Below are positions 23,631 through 33,979 of a DNA stretch of 64,000 bases, piece after piece. The stretch comes from Bacteroidales bacterium UBA1715. Its GTDB lineage: Bacteria > Bacteroidota > Bacteroidia > Bacteroidales > UBA1715. The position numbers and the translations under genes are program-made. Location: positions 4,529-68,528 of the forward strand of contig DCIX01000041.1 in assembly GCA_002317135.1 (NCBI GenBank). Direction: 5' to 3'. The notes below the pieces were generated by a model. It did no database searches. It saw nothing but the letters and a program-made list of their open reading frames with translations, and was not told where the DNA came from. Within the stretch, counting starts at the first letter, position 1. The number at the start of each line of letters is the position of its first letter.

Positions 23631-24476
23631 ATGATAGAAAGTCCACTTATTGATGCTACAATAGACATCGCTTTTAAAGAAGATATTGGTGACGGCGACC
23701 ATACAACATTATCTTGTATACCTCACGATTTAGAAGGCCGTGCTCGTTTGTTGGTAAAACAAGACGGTATTTTGTGCGGTGTAGAACTTGCAAAAAAAAT
23801 CTTTGCAAAATTCGACCCAACACTAAAGGTAACTCAATACCTTCACGATGGTGATGTAATTAAAAAAGGTGACATTGCTTTTGTTGTTGAAGGAAAAACA
23901 ATCTCTATCCTACAGACAGAGCGTCTTGTGCTTAACTTTATGCAACGTTTAAGTGGAATTGCCACACAAACAAACGAATATGTACAACTACTAGAAGGCA
24001 CAAACACCAAAATCCTTGATACTCGTAAAACAACTCCAGGATTACGTTTATTGGAAAAATATGCCGTAAATGTTGGTGGTGGCGAAAATCATCGTATTGG
24101 TTTGTACGATATGATTCTTATAAAAGATAACCATATTGACTATGCTGGTGGCGTAACTGCAGCTATCACAAAAACGAAAGAATATCTAAAAGCAAAAGGG
24201 AAAAACCTTAAAATTGAAGTTGAAGCACGTACGCTTGACGAAATTCGCGAAATTCTCCAATTTGATGATATTGAAAGAATTTTGATAGACAATTTCACTC
24301 CAGAAGAAACAAAAGTTGCCGTTGCACTTATCAATGGTAAATGTAAGACTGAATCTTCTGGTGGTATCACAAAAGAATCTATCAAAGCATACGCTCAAGC
24401 TGGTGTAGACTACATTTCTGTTGGTGCATTAACTCACCATATCAGCAGCCTTGACTTAAGTCTTAAAGCATTCTAA
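23631..24476 (+). CDS. nadC: nicotinate-nucleotide diphosphorylase (carboxylating) / quinolinate phosphoribosyltransferase
   Basis: 281 aa. LQTERLVLNFMQRLSGIAT, TRKTTPGLRLLEKYAV and MILIKDNHI motifs. Confidence 0.9.
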   Translation: MIESPLIDATIDIAFKEDIGDGDHTTLSCIPHDLEGRARLLVKQDGILCGVELAKKIFAKFDPTLKVTQYLHDGDVIKKGDIAFVVEGKTISILQTERLVLNFMQRLSGIATQTNEYVQLLEGTNTKILDTRKTTPGLRLLEKYAVNVGGGENHRIGLYDMILIKDNHIDYAGGVTAAITKTKEYLKAKGKNLKIEVEARTLDEIREILQFDDIERILIDNFTPEETKVAVALINGKCKTESSGGITKESIKAYAQAGVDYISVGALTHHISSLDLSLKAF

Positions 24477-26125
24477 TGTTCAGAACAACACTGAACAAAT
24501 GTATTGCTTACCTTGTTTGTACTTGTAGTTTTCTGCAAGTATTTGCTCAAACTACACCTCCATCAAAACCCAAATTGGTTGTGATGGTCGTAGTTGAACA
24601 AATGCGTTACGAATATTTAGAACGATTCAGTGCACATTTTTCTAGTGGCGGTTTCAAAAAACTCATGTCACAAGGAACGCAATGTGCAAATGCAAATGTT
24701 GATTTTTCATACGGACAAAGTGCGAACACTTTTGCCTCATTATCGACTGGCGCACATCCGGCACAACATGGAATCGTAGGAAATTATTGGTACAACAGGC
24801 TTACGAAAAGCAAAGAAAACTGCGTCATAAGCGATAAATATATGTGCGTAGGTGGCGACGACCACGACGAATATATTGTATCGGCAGACAAACTCATCGC
24901 TTCCACCTATGGTGACGAACTAATTGCACAATCGTTGGGGCAATCACGCTCATTCACAATTAGTTTAGACCAACAAGCGGCTGTTTTGTGCTCTGGACAT
25001 ACGTCAAATGGAACCTATTGGTTAGATGAATACACCGGGAATTGGATTAGTAACTCATACTATACCAAAGTATTACCCTCGTGGATACATACATTCAACA
25101 ATAAAAATCTTGCTGATTTATACATAAATAGAACTTGGAATACGTTCCTCCCTATTGATAAATATAAAGAATCAACCAAGGACGATGCCAAATACGAAAT
25201 CGGCATACGAAACCAACACACATTCCCATACTTTTTGGCAAAACTAAAAGATAATTTTAAGCCATATAAGATTCTAAAACAAACTCCGTTTGGGAATACA
25301 TACACCAAAGATTTCGCAATAGATTTAATTGAAAATGAGCATCTTGGTAAAGGAGATGGTATAGATTTTTTGACAATTGCCTACACCGCTACCGAAGAAA
25401 TCGGAAACCGATTCGGATGCCTTTCGAAAGAAGTTGAAGACACCTACATTCGCCTTGATTTCGAGTTAATGTTTCTATTAAACTATTTGGAAACACGTAT
25501 TGGCAAAGAAAATTTCCTTTTAGTTTTTACATCAAATCACGGCATTTCAATTTCACCAAAATGCGATAGCCAAAAGTCAATGAAATTAGGTACATTCAAA
25601 CCGAACGAAACAATGTATCTACTTGACAAACATTTAGATGTAACATTTGGCGAAGCTGATTGGATAGAATATTACCAAGATTTACAAATTTATCTCTCTT
25701 TGCCAGCATTGAAAAAACACAACGTAACTTTGGCTGAAGTCGAAGACGATTGTAGCGAATTTCTTTCACAACTAAGTGGAATACAGTCTGCTGTTGGTTC
25801 TACTTGGCTCGAAAACCATGACTTTTGTTCCAACGAAATTTTCAAAATGGTAGATCATTCATACAACAAACAACGTTCTGGTAATCTGTTTCTTACACTC
25901 AAACCTGGTTGGGGAGAACAAACAGTAGAATCTGTAGGTGCACATCTATCGCCATACAACTACGACACCCATATACCACTTATTTGGTATGGCTGGAAAA
26001 TGGAAGCAAAAACACTACCACGACGAGTTACAATGAGCGATATAATCGTAAGTTTATGCGAAATCACCAAGACACAAAAGCCGAATATGGCAACAGGATC
26101 AATAATAGAAAACCTTGTTCAATGA
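24476..26125 (+). CDS. alkaline phosphatase-superfamily protein (type I phosphodiesterase/nucleotide pyrophosphatase-like)
   Basis: Signal peptide, then the metal-site region LVVMVVVEQMRYEY and a later SNHG motif. Confidence 0.75.
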   Translation: MFRTTLNKCIAYLVCTCSFLQVFAQTTPPSKPKLVVMVVVEQMRYEYLERFSAHFSSGGFKKLMSQGTQCANANVDFSYGQSANTFASLSTGAHPAQHGIVGNYWYNRLTKSKENCVISDKYMCVGGDDHDEYIVSADKLIASTYGDELIAQSLGQSRSFTISLDQQAAVLCSGHTSNGTYWLDEYTGNWISNSYYTKVLPSWIHTFNNKNLADLYINRTWNTFLPIDKYKESTKDDAKYEIGIRNQHTFPYFLAKLKDNFKPYKILKQTPFGNTYTKDFAIDLIENEHLGKGDGIDFLTIAYTATEEIGNRFGCLSKEVEDTYIRLDFELMFLLNYLETRIGKENFLLVFTSNHGISISPKCDSQKSMKLGTFKPNETMYLLDKHLDVTFGEADWIEYYQDLQIYLSLPALKKHNVTLAEVEDDCSEFLSQLSGIQSAVGSTWLENHDFCSNEIFKMVDHSYNKQRSGNLFLTLKPGWGEQTVESVGAHLSPYNYDTHIPLIWYGWKMEAKTLPRRVTMSDIIVSLCEITKTQKPNMATGSIIENLVQ

Positions 26126-26832
26126 AAAAAAATTTACTAACCATACTATTTATTTGTTGTTCAATATTCTCCATTGGTCAAAACGACAAAAAAATCTATT
26201 TTACCAATGCACCAGAATTAACATTTCAAATTCCTGAAATGACTATTATAAACAATAGCGCAGACAAAGGCATACGAACAACATATCTACTCAATATTCC
26301 ATACACAATACACATTAATTGTGGGAAATATTTTGGTTTCATGCCAAGTTTGAACATAAAAAATATAGGTTTCAAGACAAAAAATGAACAAATAGACTCC
26401 ATAGAATATGCAAAAGTTAAACGAAGTTTAATTACAGCGGGAGCATCATTAGCCATTAAATTCGGATTACTTCAAAAAGGACTTTGGGGATACATAGGAG
26501 GAGGAATTGACCTTTCGTTATTGTATCGTCAAAAAAAGTATGAGCCTTCAAAAAACAACAAAGTGATAAAAGAAAGTGCTTGGCTCAGCGATGCAACAGA
26601 AACCTGGATACCATCATTGTATGTCGGAATCCAATTACCCGAAGGTTTGAACATTAAATTTGCCTATTACTACCAAGATTTATTAAACAAGCAGTATAAT
26701 GGAAGTTTAGGAGATTTCACCAACATTACCAAGTCACAATTATTCACAATTTCCGCCTCTATTGTCATACCAGATTTCAAACTATCCGACATAGAACGAA
26801 ACCACAATCACACACAAACAACCGAGTTATAA
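26122..26832 (+). CDS. hypothetical outer-membrane/secreted protein
   Basis: The start is re-set to ATG at 26122 (MKKNLLTILFICCSIFSIGQ signal peptide; ATGA overlap with the upstream stop). The longer ORF-track start at 25909 overlaps the previous gene. Confidence 0.55.
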   Translation: MKKNLLTILFICCSIFSIGQNDKKIYFTNAPELTFQIPEMTIINNSADKGIRTTYLLNIPYTIHINCGKYFGFMPSLNIKNIGFKTKNEQIDSIEYAKVKRSLITAGASLAIKFGLLQKGLWGYIGGGIDLSLLYRQKKYEPSKNNKVIKESAWLSDATETWIPSLYVGIQLPEGLNIKFAYYYQDLLNKQYNGSLGDFTNITKSQLFTISASIVIPDFKLSDIERNHNHTQTTEL

Positions 26833-26896
26833 AATTTTATACAAAATTCTATCTCTTGGTCAATTATTTTACTACCTTCGGTGAAATTTTTGACCT

Positions 26897-29017
26897 ATGA
26901 ATTTCAAGAAAATAATACCTTTTGCTATACTCGGCTTATCGGGACTTTTTTTAGGAGCCTGTCTTGTTCACGAACACAATGAGCCAAAAGAAAAATTGAT
27001 TGTTCGTTCTACATACGAATTGCTTCAATCGTTCCATTATAGCCCACAAGCGTTGGATGACAACTACTCTCAACGCATATTTGATTTATATATTAAGTCA
27101 TTGGATTACAATAAAATGTATTTCACAAAAGACCAAATCGATATGCTTTCGAGCTATAAGACAAAGATTGACGACGAGATTCGAGCCTCTTCGTTGGACT
27201 TTTTCAATTTATCGATAGAATTAATCGAAAAACAACTCCAACGAATTCAACAATTATATCCTGTTTTTCTTGAAAAACCATTTGACTACACGCAATCAGA
27301 AACAATAAATCTTAACAGCGAGAAAAAAGATTATTGCAAAAATCAAGAAGAATTAGAAGATTATTGGCGTAGATATATAAAATATCAAGTGCTTTCTGAA
27401 ATAATTGACATAGAAAACGAGCAAAAGAAAAAAGCTGAAAAATCTGATACTGTTACAATTAAAACAGCAGAAGAAATCGAGAAAATTGCTCGAGAAAACA
27501 TCTTAAAACGCTACGATACTCGTTTTAAACGCATCAACAAAATTTCGAGAAACGACAGATTTTCTTCGTTTGTAAATGCTGCAGCTGGAGCATTCGATCC
27601 ACACACAAACTACTTCCCTCCTACAGAAAAAGAAGATTTCGACATTTCTATGTCTGGTAAATTGGAAGGTATTGGTGCAACTCTTTCAGAGAAAGATGGT
27701 TACATAAAAGTCGTTGAAATTATGCCTGGTAGCCCTTCTTGGAAACAAGGCGAACTAAAAGCCGAAGACATCATCTTAAAAGTTGCCCAAGGAGACAAAG
27801 AACCTGTAGAAATCATAGATATGCGATTAGACGAGGCCGTTCGTCTTATCCGTGGTCCGAAAGGAACAAAAGTCGTTCTTACTGTTAAGAAAATTGATGG
27901 TTCCATTGTCACAATCCCTATCATTCGCGATGTAATCGTATTGGAAGAAAAATATGCTAAGTCAACCGTTATTACAACAAAAGATAAAAAAGCATACAAA
28001 ATCGGCTACATCTATCTACCTCAATTCTATACTGATATGAACGATAGCCGTGGAAGACGTTGTTCAAAAGATATTGCCAACGAAGTAACAAAACTAAAAG
28101 AAGCCAATGTTGACGGTATCATTATTGACCTTAGAAATAATGGTGGTGGCTCCCTTAACGATGTAGTAGAAATTGGCGGTCTTTTTATAGACAAAGGTCC
28201 TATCGTCCAAGTAAAATCTATGAGAGAACCTGCACGTGCCTATAACGACACAGACGGCAAAACTTTGTACGACGGTCCTTTAGCTATTATGGTAAACACA
28301 TTTAGTGCTTCTGCATCGGAAATTCTTGCCGCAGCAATGCAAGACTACAAGCGTGCTATTATTATCGGTACTGAATCTACATACGGAAAAGGAACCGTAC
28401 AACGCATTGTGGACATTGATAGAATGGTTTCTAACGAATATCGTTCACAAATGCCATTAGGAGCAGTTAAAATCACCATCCAAAAATTCTATAGAATCAA
28501 TGGTGGCACAACCCAATTCCAAGGTGTAAAACCAGACATTATTTTGCCTGACCTATACGATAAACTTGACATTGGAGAGAAAGAGCTTGACTACCCTCTT
28601 CCTTGGTCAGAAATAAAAGCTGCTCCATATCAAACTTGGAACGCACAACCAAACTACAAAGAATTAGCGAAGATGAGTGCTGCCCGCACAAAAAAAGACT
28701 CTTCGTTCATTTTAATAAAAGAAGCTGCACAATGGTTGTACGACACGAAAAACGAGACATCTGTTTCTTTGGAAATCAATCAATTTAGAAAGAAAGACGA
28801 AACAGACCAACAATTATCAAAGAAGTACAAAAATGCAGGAACGAAAGATGTTCCATTCGAGATTGTAGGTCTACAAACTACAAGCAAGGAAAATGCGACA
28901 CTTGATTCGGTAGCAAACAAACGAGCCGAAGACTGGTATAAAACAATCAAGCAAGATGTTACGCTTTACGAATCGTATCAAATCCTTTCCGACTACATTC
29001 GAATGCAAAAAAAATAG
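26897..29017 (+). CDS. carboxy-terminal processing (tail-specific) protease, peptidase S41
   Basis: PDZ-like region, then DLRNNGGGSL and FSASASEILAAAMQDY S41 motifs. Confidence 0.9.
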   Translation: MNFKKIIPFAILGLSGLFLGACLVHEHNEPKEKLIVRSTYELLQSFHYSPQALDDNYSQRIFDLYIKSLDYNKMYFTKDQIDMLSSYKTKIDDEIRASSLDFFNLSIELIEKQLQRIQQLYPVFLEKPFDYTQSETINLNSEKKDYCKNQEELEDYWRRYIKYQVLSEIIDIENEQKKKAEKSDTVTIKTAEEIEKIARENILKRYDTRFKRINKISRNDRFSSFVNAAAGAFDPHTNYFPPTEKEDFDISMSGKLEGIGATLSEKDGYIKVVEIMPGSPSWKQGELKAEDIILKVAQGDKEPVEIIDMRLDEAVRLIRGPKGTKVVLTVKKIDGSIVTIPIIRDVIVLEEKYAKSTVITTKDKKAYKIGYIYLPQFYTDMNDSRGRRCSKDIANEVTKLKEANVDGIIIDLRNNGGGSLNDVVEIGGLFIDKGPIVQVKSMREPARAYNDTDGKTLYDGPLAIMVNTFSASASEILAAAMQDYKRAIIIGTESTYGKGTVQRIVDIDRMVSNEYRSQMPLGAVKITIQKFYRINGGTTQFQGVKPDIILPDLYDKLDIGEKELDYPLPWSEIKAAPYQTWNAQPNYKELAKMSAARTKKDSSFILIKEAAQWLYDTKNETSVSLEINQFRKKDETDQQLSKKYKNAGTKDVPFEIVGLQTTSKENATLDSVANKRAEDWYKTIKQDVTLYESYQILSDYIRMQKK

Positions 29018-29020
29018 ATT

Positions 29021-29404
29021 ATGAAAAACATTATTGCAATAATAGCATGTTTAGTAGGTTTTATTGGTTGTAATGCCCAAACAAAATTCCAAAGCATGAA
29101 CACAGACGAATTCGAAAAAATCATTACCAAGGCTAATGTGATTTGCTTGGATGTACGTACAAAGCCCGAATATGAAGAAGGTCATATTGCAAACAGTACA
29201 CTAATCGACATTAGAAATCCTGAATTTGAACAATTAGCCTTACAAACATTACCGAAAGATAAAACTATAGCCGTTTATTGTAGAAGTGGCAAGCGTAGCA
29301 AAGTTGCCGCAGATATACTTTCAAAAAACGGCTATACAGTTGTTGAACTAAACACGGGAATTATAGGTTGGACGCAATCAGGGAAGCCTCTTACCAAAGA
29401 ATAA
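29021..29404 (+). CDS. rhodanese-like sulfurtransferase domain protein
   Basis: Signal peptide. Active-site loop YCRSGKRS. Confidence 0.85.
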   Translation: MKNIIAIIACLVGFIGCNAQTKFQSMNTDEFEKIITKANVICLDVRTKPEYEEGHIANSTLIDIRNPEFEQLALQTLPKDKTIAVYCRSGKRSKVAADILSKNGYTVVELNTGIIGWTQSGKPLTKE

Positions 29405-29529
29405 CACATAGATTTTTCCCTGCCATTTTAGGACAAAAAAGTACGATTACAAGGAAAACGCCATAATTTTTCTTGCAAACATTATATTATTACAAAAATT
29501 TTATCATTTTTGCCCTAAATACAAATACA

Positions 29530-30915
29530 ATGAGTCTTATTAAATCTATTTCTGGTATACGAGGAACTATTGGTGGTACACCAAATGACAACCTCACTCC
29601 TGTCGACATAGTTGCGTTTGCATCGGCATACGGAACTTGGGTTAAAGAAAACATTTCTTCTAAAAATGGTTCAAACAAGATTGTTGTCGGTCGCGATGCA
29701 CGACTTTCGGGAGATATGGTAAGCAGTTTAGTAATGCAAACATTGGTAGCATTAGGATTCAAGGTTGTAAACATTGGCCTTGCCACTACTCCAACTACAG
29801 AAATAGCTGTAACAGAAGAGCACGCTGATGGTGGCGTAATCATTACCGCAAGTCATAATCCAAAACAATGGAACGCTCTCAAACTATTGAATAACCAAGG
29901 CGAATTTCTAAATGATGCACAAGGAAAAGAAATCTTAGCACTTGCTGCAAAAAACGAATTCACCTATTCCGACATTGACTCAATTGGTTCAATTGAAACA
30001 ACTGACAAATACAATACTGTACATATAAATAAAGTGCTTGCCCTACCACTTGTAGATGTAGAAGCAATCAAAAAAGCAAATTTCACTATTGCTGTTGATT
30101 GCGTAAACTCTGTTGGTGGTGTAATTCTTCCTGATTTACTACAAGCATTAGGCGTAAAAAATAGCATTATATTGAATGGTGAACCAACAGGTAAGTTTGC
30201 CCATACGCCAGAACCAATTCCAGAAAATTTGGTAGAAACAGCTGCTGCAGTACAACAAAACAAAGCTGATGTTTGTTTCGTTGTTGATCCAGATGTTGAC
30301 CGTTTAGCAATCATTAATGAAGACGGAACAATGTTTGGCGAAGAATATACATTGGTGTCGGTTGCCGACTATGTTCTTCAACATACACCAGGAAATACTG
30401 TAAGCAACCTATCTTCTACGCGTGCACTTGCCGATGTTACCGCAAAATACGGTAAAACATATAATGCGGCAGCTGTTGGTGAAGTGAATGTTGTAACGAA
30501 AATGAAAGACACCAATGCTGTAATTGGCGGTGAAGGGAACGGTGGTGTAATATATCCAGAAATCCACTACGGCCGTGACGCACTTGTTGGTATAGCATTG
30601 TTTTTGAGTTTATTGGCAAAATCAGGAAAGAAATGTAGCGAACTACGCAAGACATTCCCTGAATATGTTATTTCAAAAAACAAAGTACAACTTACTCCAG
30701 AAACAGATGTAGATGCAATTCTAAAAAAAGTTGCTGAAACATATAAAAATGAGAAAGTTAACACAATCGATGGCGTTAAGATAGATTTTGCAGAAGGTTG
30801 GGTACATTTACGCAAGTCAAATACAGAACCTATCATCCGTATTTATGCAGAAAGTTCCACTTTGGAAAAGGCAAATGAGTTTGCAAAACAAATAATGGAG
30901 CAAATTACAAGATAA
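29530..30915 (+). CDS. glmM: phosphoglucosamine mutase
   Basis: The start is re-set to MSLIKSISGIRGTIGG. Active-site TASHNPKQWNA and Mg loop FVVDPDVDRL. Confidence 0.88.
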   Translation: MSLIKSISGIRGTIGGTPNDNLTPVDIVAFASAYGTWVKENISSKNGSNKIVVGRDARLSGDMVSSLVMQTLVALGFKVVNIGLATTPTTEIAVTEEHADGGVIITASHNPKQWNALKLLNNQGEFLNDAQGKEILALAAKNEFTYSDIDSIGSIETTDKYNTVHINKVLALPLVDVEAIKKANFTIAVDCVNSVGGVILPDLLQALGVKNSIILNGEPTGKFAHTPEPIPENLVETAAAVQQNKADVCFVVDPDVDRLAIINEDGTMFGEEYTLVSVADYVLQHTPGNTVSNLSSTRALADVTAKYGKTYNAAAVGEVNVVTKMKDTNAVIGGEGNGGVIYPEIHYGRDALVGIALFLSLLAKSGKKCSELRKTFPEYVISKNKVQLTPETDVDAILKKVAETYKNEKVNTIDGVKIDFAEGWVHLRKSNTEPIIRIYAESSTLEKANEFAKQIMEQITR

Positions 30916-30984
30916 AATTGCATCAAACATTTGTTTTTTAAGACTATTTTATATTTTTGAGCACAATTTGAAATATATACTATT

Positions 30985-31464
30985 ATGCAATCGAAACCTT
31001 CTAAATCTAAACCTCGCGTTATAAAGGATTTCTTAAAATTAGATGAAGAACTTCAGTTACAAGTTTTGGCATTCTATAATCTTGCCGATGTAGAAGAACT
31101 TGCTAAAAAACTACAATCGTACACCGAAGAAGCCGAAGAACTTCAAAAGAAAGTGCAATCATATACAGACCCAAAGACTGGTCAAGAACGATTCGCATTG
31201 CCTTACGAAACCGAAGACAGATTCTATATGGTACGCGTTGATGACTTTATCAACACCCAAGTTGACGGAGGTTCAGAAAACGATGACGATGACGATTTGT
31301 TAAAGAACATCGAAGAAGTAAAAGTTGAAAAAGAAGACCAAGATTCATCTGACGACGAAGACGAAGAAAAATACGATAGACCTGAAGATATTCTTGATGA
31401 AGACGACGAGGAAGATGATGATGTAGCTTCTGACGACGAAGAAGATGATGATGATAACGAATAA
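30985..31464 (+). CDS. acidic hypothetical protein with poly-D/E tail
   Basis: 159-aa ORF. The C-terminal third is almost entirely Asp/Glu. Confidence 0.5.
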   Translation: MQSKPSKSKPRVIKDFLKLDEELQLQVLAFYNLADVEELAKKLQSYTEEAEELQKKVQSYTDPKTGQERFALPYETEDRFYMVRVDDFINTQVDGGSENDDDDDLLKNIEEVKVEKEDQDSSDDEDEEKYDRPEDILDEDDEEDDDVASDDEEDDDDNE

Positions 31465-31483
31465 TTAATTAGATAAATTTACT

Positions 31484-32194
31484 ATGGGAAGAGCTTTTGA
31501 ATACAGACGAGCAGCTAAAGAAAAAAGATGGGGAACAATGTCGCGTGTATTTCCACGTTTGGCAAAGAGTATTACTATTGCAGCAAAAGAAGGTGGTGCA
31601 GACCCTGCAATGAACCCTAAACTTCGTACAGCAATTATGTCTGCCAAGGCTCAAAATATGCCAAAAGCAAACATTGATGCAGCTATCAAGCGTGCAACGA
31701 GCAAAGATGTTGAAAATTTCGCAGAAATCGTATACGAAGGTAAAGGTCCTCACGGTGTACTTGTAGTGGTTGAATGTGCAACAGATAACAACACAAGAAC
31801 TGTTGCCAACGTAAAATCATACTTCAACAAAGCTGGTGGTTCTCTTGCTCCTTCAGGATCTTTTGAATATATGTTTTCTCGTAAAGCAGTATTCCAAATC
31901 AAAAAGACAGAAAACATCAACATCGAAGAATTGGAATTCAACCTAATTGATGCAGGTTTGGAATCAATCGAAACAGAAGAAGATATGTACGTAATCTACG
32001 CTGATTTCAAAGATTTCGGTAATCTTGCCAAAGCTTTGGAAGATAGTGGCGTAGAATTGCTAAAAGCAGAATTGCAACGCATTCCTAACGATGTACAAGA
32101 ATTCACAGAAGAACAACTTGCCGACATCGACAAACTTATCGACAAATTGGAAGAAGACGACGATGTTCAAGCAGTTTTCACTAATATTGCCTAA
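31484..32194 (+). CDS. YebC/PmpR-family DNA-binding transcriptional regulator
   Basis: [48 protein letters not shown] is the family-typical N-terminus. Confidence 0.92.
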   Translation: MGRAFEYRRAAKEKRWGTMSRVFPRLAKSITIAAKEGGADPAMNPKLRTAIMSAKAQNMPKANIDAAIKRATSKDVENFAEIVYEGKGPHGVLVVVECATDNNTRTVANVKSYFNKAGGSLAPSGSFEYMFSRKAVFQIKKTENINIEELEFNLIDAGLESIETEEDMYVIYADFKDFGNLAKALEDSGVELLKAELQRIPNDVQEFTEEQLADIDKLIDKLEEDDDVQAVFTNIA

Positions 32195-32216
32195 GCAATT
32201 AAAAACATATAGCTAT

Positions 32217-32252
32217 AAAAAATCCCGATGAGAATCTCATCGGGATTTTTTG
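32217..32252 (+). terminator. intrinsic terminator after the YebC-family gene
   Basis: 11-bp stem atcccgatgag / ctcatcgggat followed by a T-run; an A-run lies upstream. Confidence 0.7.
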
Positions 32253-32291
32253 TTTTGTTACATTCATATTGATATGTAATAAATCATTGTT

Positions 32292-33476
32292 TTACCATGC
32301 CATTGCAAGTAACCACAATGGAATAATTTTATCCGATCCAAAATCAATAGTATCACGGATTACATAATCAGCATGTTTCATCTTCTTTTCCGCCCCCCCA
32401 ACCTCTATTGTAATATTCTTCGAACTAAAACGCCGTGAGGCAACAAAATCGGCATCTCTTTCATTTCTTGAAGCACAGACATCATATCCCATTTCCAACA
32501 AACATCTGGATACAAAAGCCTCTCGTTTGGTTCCTACTAAGCCTCTCAAAACCGAATACAAACAAGCATCCGCAAAGAATATTTTCGCTCCAGCAGACTT
32601 TGCTTTCGTATCTTTTTCATAGCGAACAATTTGTATTACTCCCAATGCTTCCATTACCTCAAGCAATTGATATAATTTATCAGCACCAATAGCCCAATCC
32701 GCACACAAAGATCGCACTTGTATTCTTGGTATTGCAGACTGGGCAAGAGTACCAACTACTGCATTCATCACACGTAAATTATCATCTGTAATATGAGGTA
32801 CAAAGTAAGTAACATCGGTATTCATTGTTTTTTCCAATATGGCAAGCGAACGTTCCTCGTAATTCCCTTCTACATAAAATGGTCGCGTTCCATATTCTTT
32901 ATACCTTTCAAATAAAGATAACACCTCACCGGTAGGCTGAACAGGCAAAAAAGTTGGATTCTCAAAAGGTTGCGATATTGAATATTTTTCTCCTGTCTCT
33001 AAATACAAGAATTCTCTAAAAGACATCTGAGGCATTTTAATAAAGACATATCTTCTTGACAAATCAGCAACGCCATTACGTAGGATTAAAGAAGAAGAAT
33101 CACTTACCCAAATCGTTTTATCTGGAAAATCATCATACAAGGCTTTTAAACAATTACTCCAATTGCGAGCATAATGAACTTCATCAACCACAATTCCATC
33201 ATACCCAAGAAAGAAGACATATTTTCCTAATTCATACAGATTTTCGGTAAACAGTAATGGATTATCAACAGAAAAATAGAGCATACGCTTTCCTGACTTT
33301 TGAGCATGATATAATAGAAAAGTAGATTTCCCAACTCCACGCAAACCAGTTAAAACCAAATTTTTCGGCAATACATGTTTCTCAGTATATTCCAAAGTAA
33401 ACAAACGAACCCGTTTAGAAATAGCTTGTAGCTTTCTATCCATTGTTGCCTGTAAATCTCTTATTTTTGTTTCCAC
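32292..33476 (-). CDS. AAA-type ATPase (COG1373-like, AAA_14/DUF4143 architecture)
   Basis: Walker A LTGLRGVGKSTFL and Walker B GIVVDEVHY. Confidence 0.75.
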   Translation of the reverse strand: METKIRDLQATMDRKLQAISKRVRLFTLEYTEKHVLPKNLVLTGLRGVGKSTFLLYHAQKSGKRMLYFSVDNPLLFTENLYELGKYVFFLGYDGIVVDEVHYARNWSNCLKALYDDFPDKTIWVSDSSSLILRNGVADLSRRYVFIKMPQMSFREFLYLETGEKYSISQPFENPTFLPVQPTGEVLSLFERYKEYGTRPFYVEGNYEERSLAILEKTMNTDVTYFVPHITDDNLRVMNAVVGTLAQSAIPRIQVRSLCADWAIGADKLYQLLEVMEALGVIQIVRYEKDTKAKSAGAKIFFADACLYSVLRGLVGTKREAFVSRCLLEMGYDVCASRNERDADFVASRRFSSKNITIEVGGAEKKMKHADYVIRDTIDFGSDKIIPLWLLAMAW

Positions 33477-33482
33477 AGTATA

Positions 33483-33594
33483 TTATTCCTACAACAAGAA
33501 CAAAAATATAAAAATATTCCTATTAAATAAACATTATTCTATATTTTATTCCTACAACAGGAATAAAATATGAAAAATTTTCCTACGGTAGGAA
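33483..33594. promoter_or_regulatory. duplicated ~41-bp segment carrying TTCCTAC / GTAGGAA-type half-sites upstream of the ATPase gene
   Basis: Copy A at 33483-33523 and copy B at 33546-33586 are ~85% identical. Inverted repeats attcctacaacaggaat (33548-33564) and ttcctacggtaggaa (33580-33594). Confidence 0.35.
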
Positions 33595-33979
33595 TATTTG
33601 CAAGATAAAAAAAAGAAAAAAATAATACTCCCATTTTTTCGACTACTGTTGATACTAATAAATATATAATACTACCAATTTTTACTTTGTTTTACACAAG
33701 ATATCGTTTATGCACCTTTATTGTTGTTCAAAAATTAGAGAGTATTATAATTCGAACTTACGAACAAATTCAAAATTATAAGTTTTTCAATAAAAACGGA
33801 AGCAAATAAAATGGCTTATTTTGTAACATGCCTTCATTCATGACATCTTTTTGAGAAATCAAAAACTGTTCCCCTACAATCTGCGAATATTTTATGGCAA
33901 ATTGCGTAATTGAATCAGTGTTTTATAAATAATTCATACTGCAAATATATAAAAGTACCGATATTTCAAGTAACAGTAT

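Noticed and set aside
25909-26121. Long N-terminal extensions offered by the ORF track (25909 for the 26122 gene; 29473 for glmM; 57019 for the 56968 gene; 63643 for the 63514 gene; 13057 for hsdS)
   Set aside because: Internal ATGs are immediately followed by canonical signal peptides or family-typical N-termini. The extensions overlap upstream genes or encode non-signal junk.
31261-31464. GAT/GAA/GAC-rich tract that looks like a tandem DNA repeat
   Set aside because: It is the poly-Asp/Glu C-terminal tail of the 159-aa acidic protein. It is codon-level low complexity, not a defined repeat unit.
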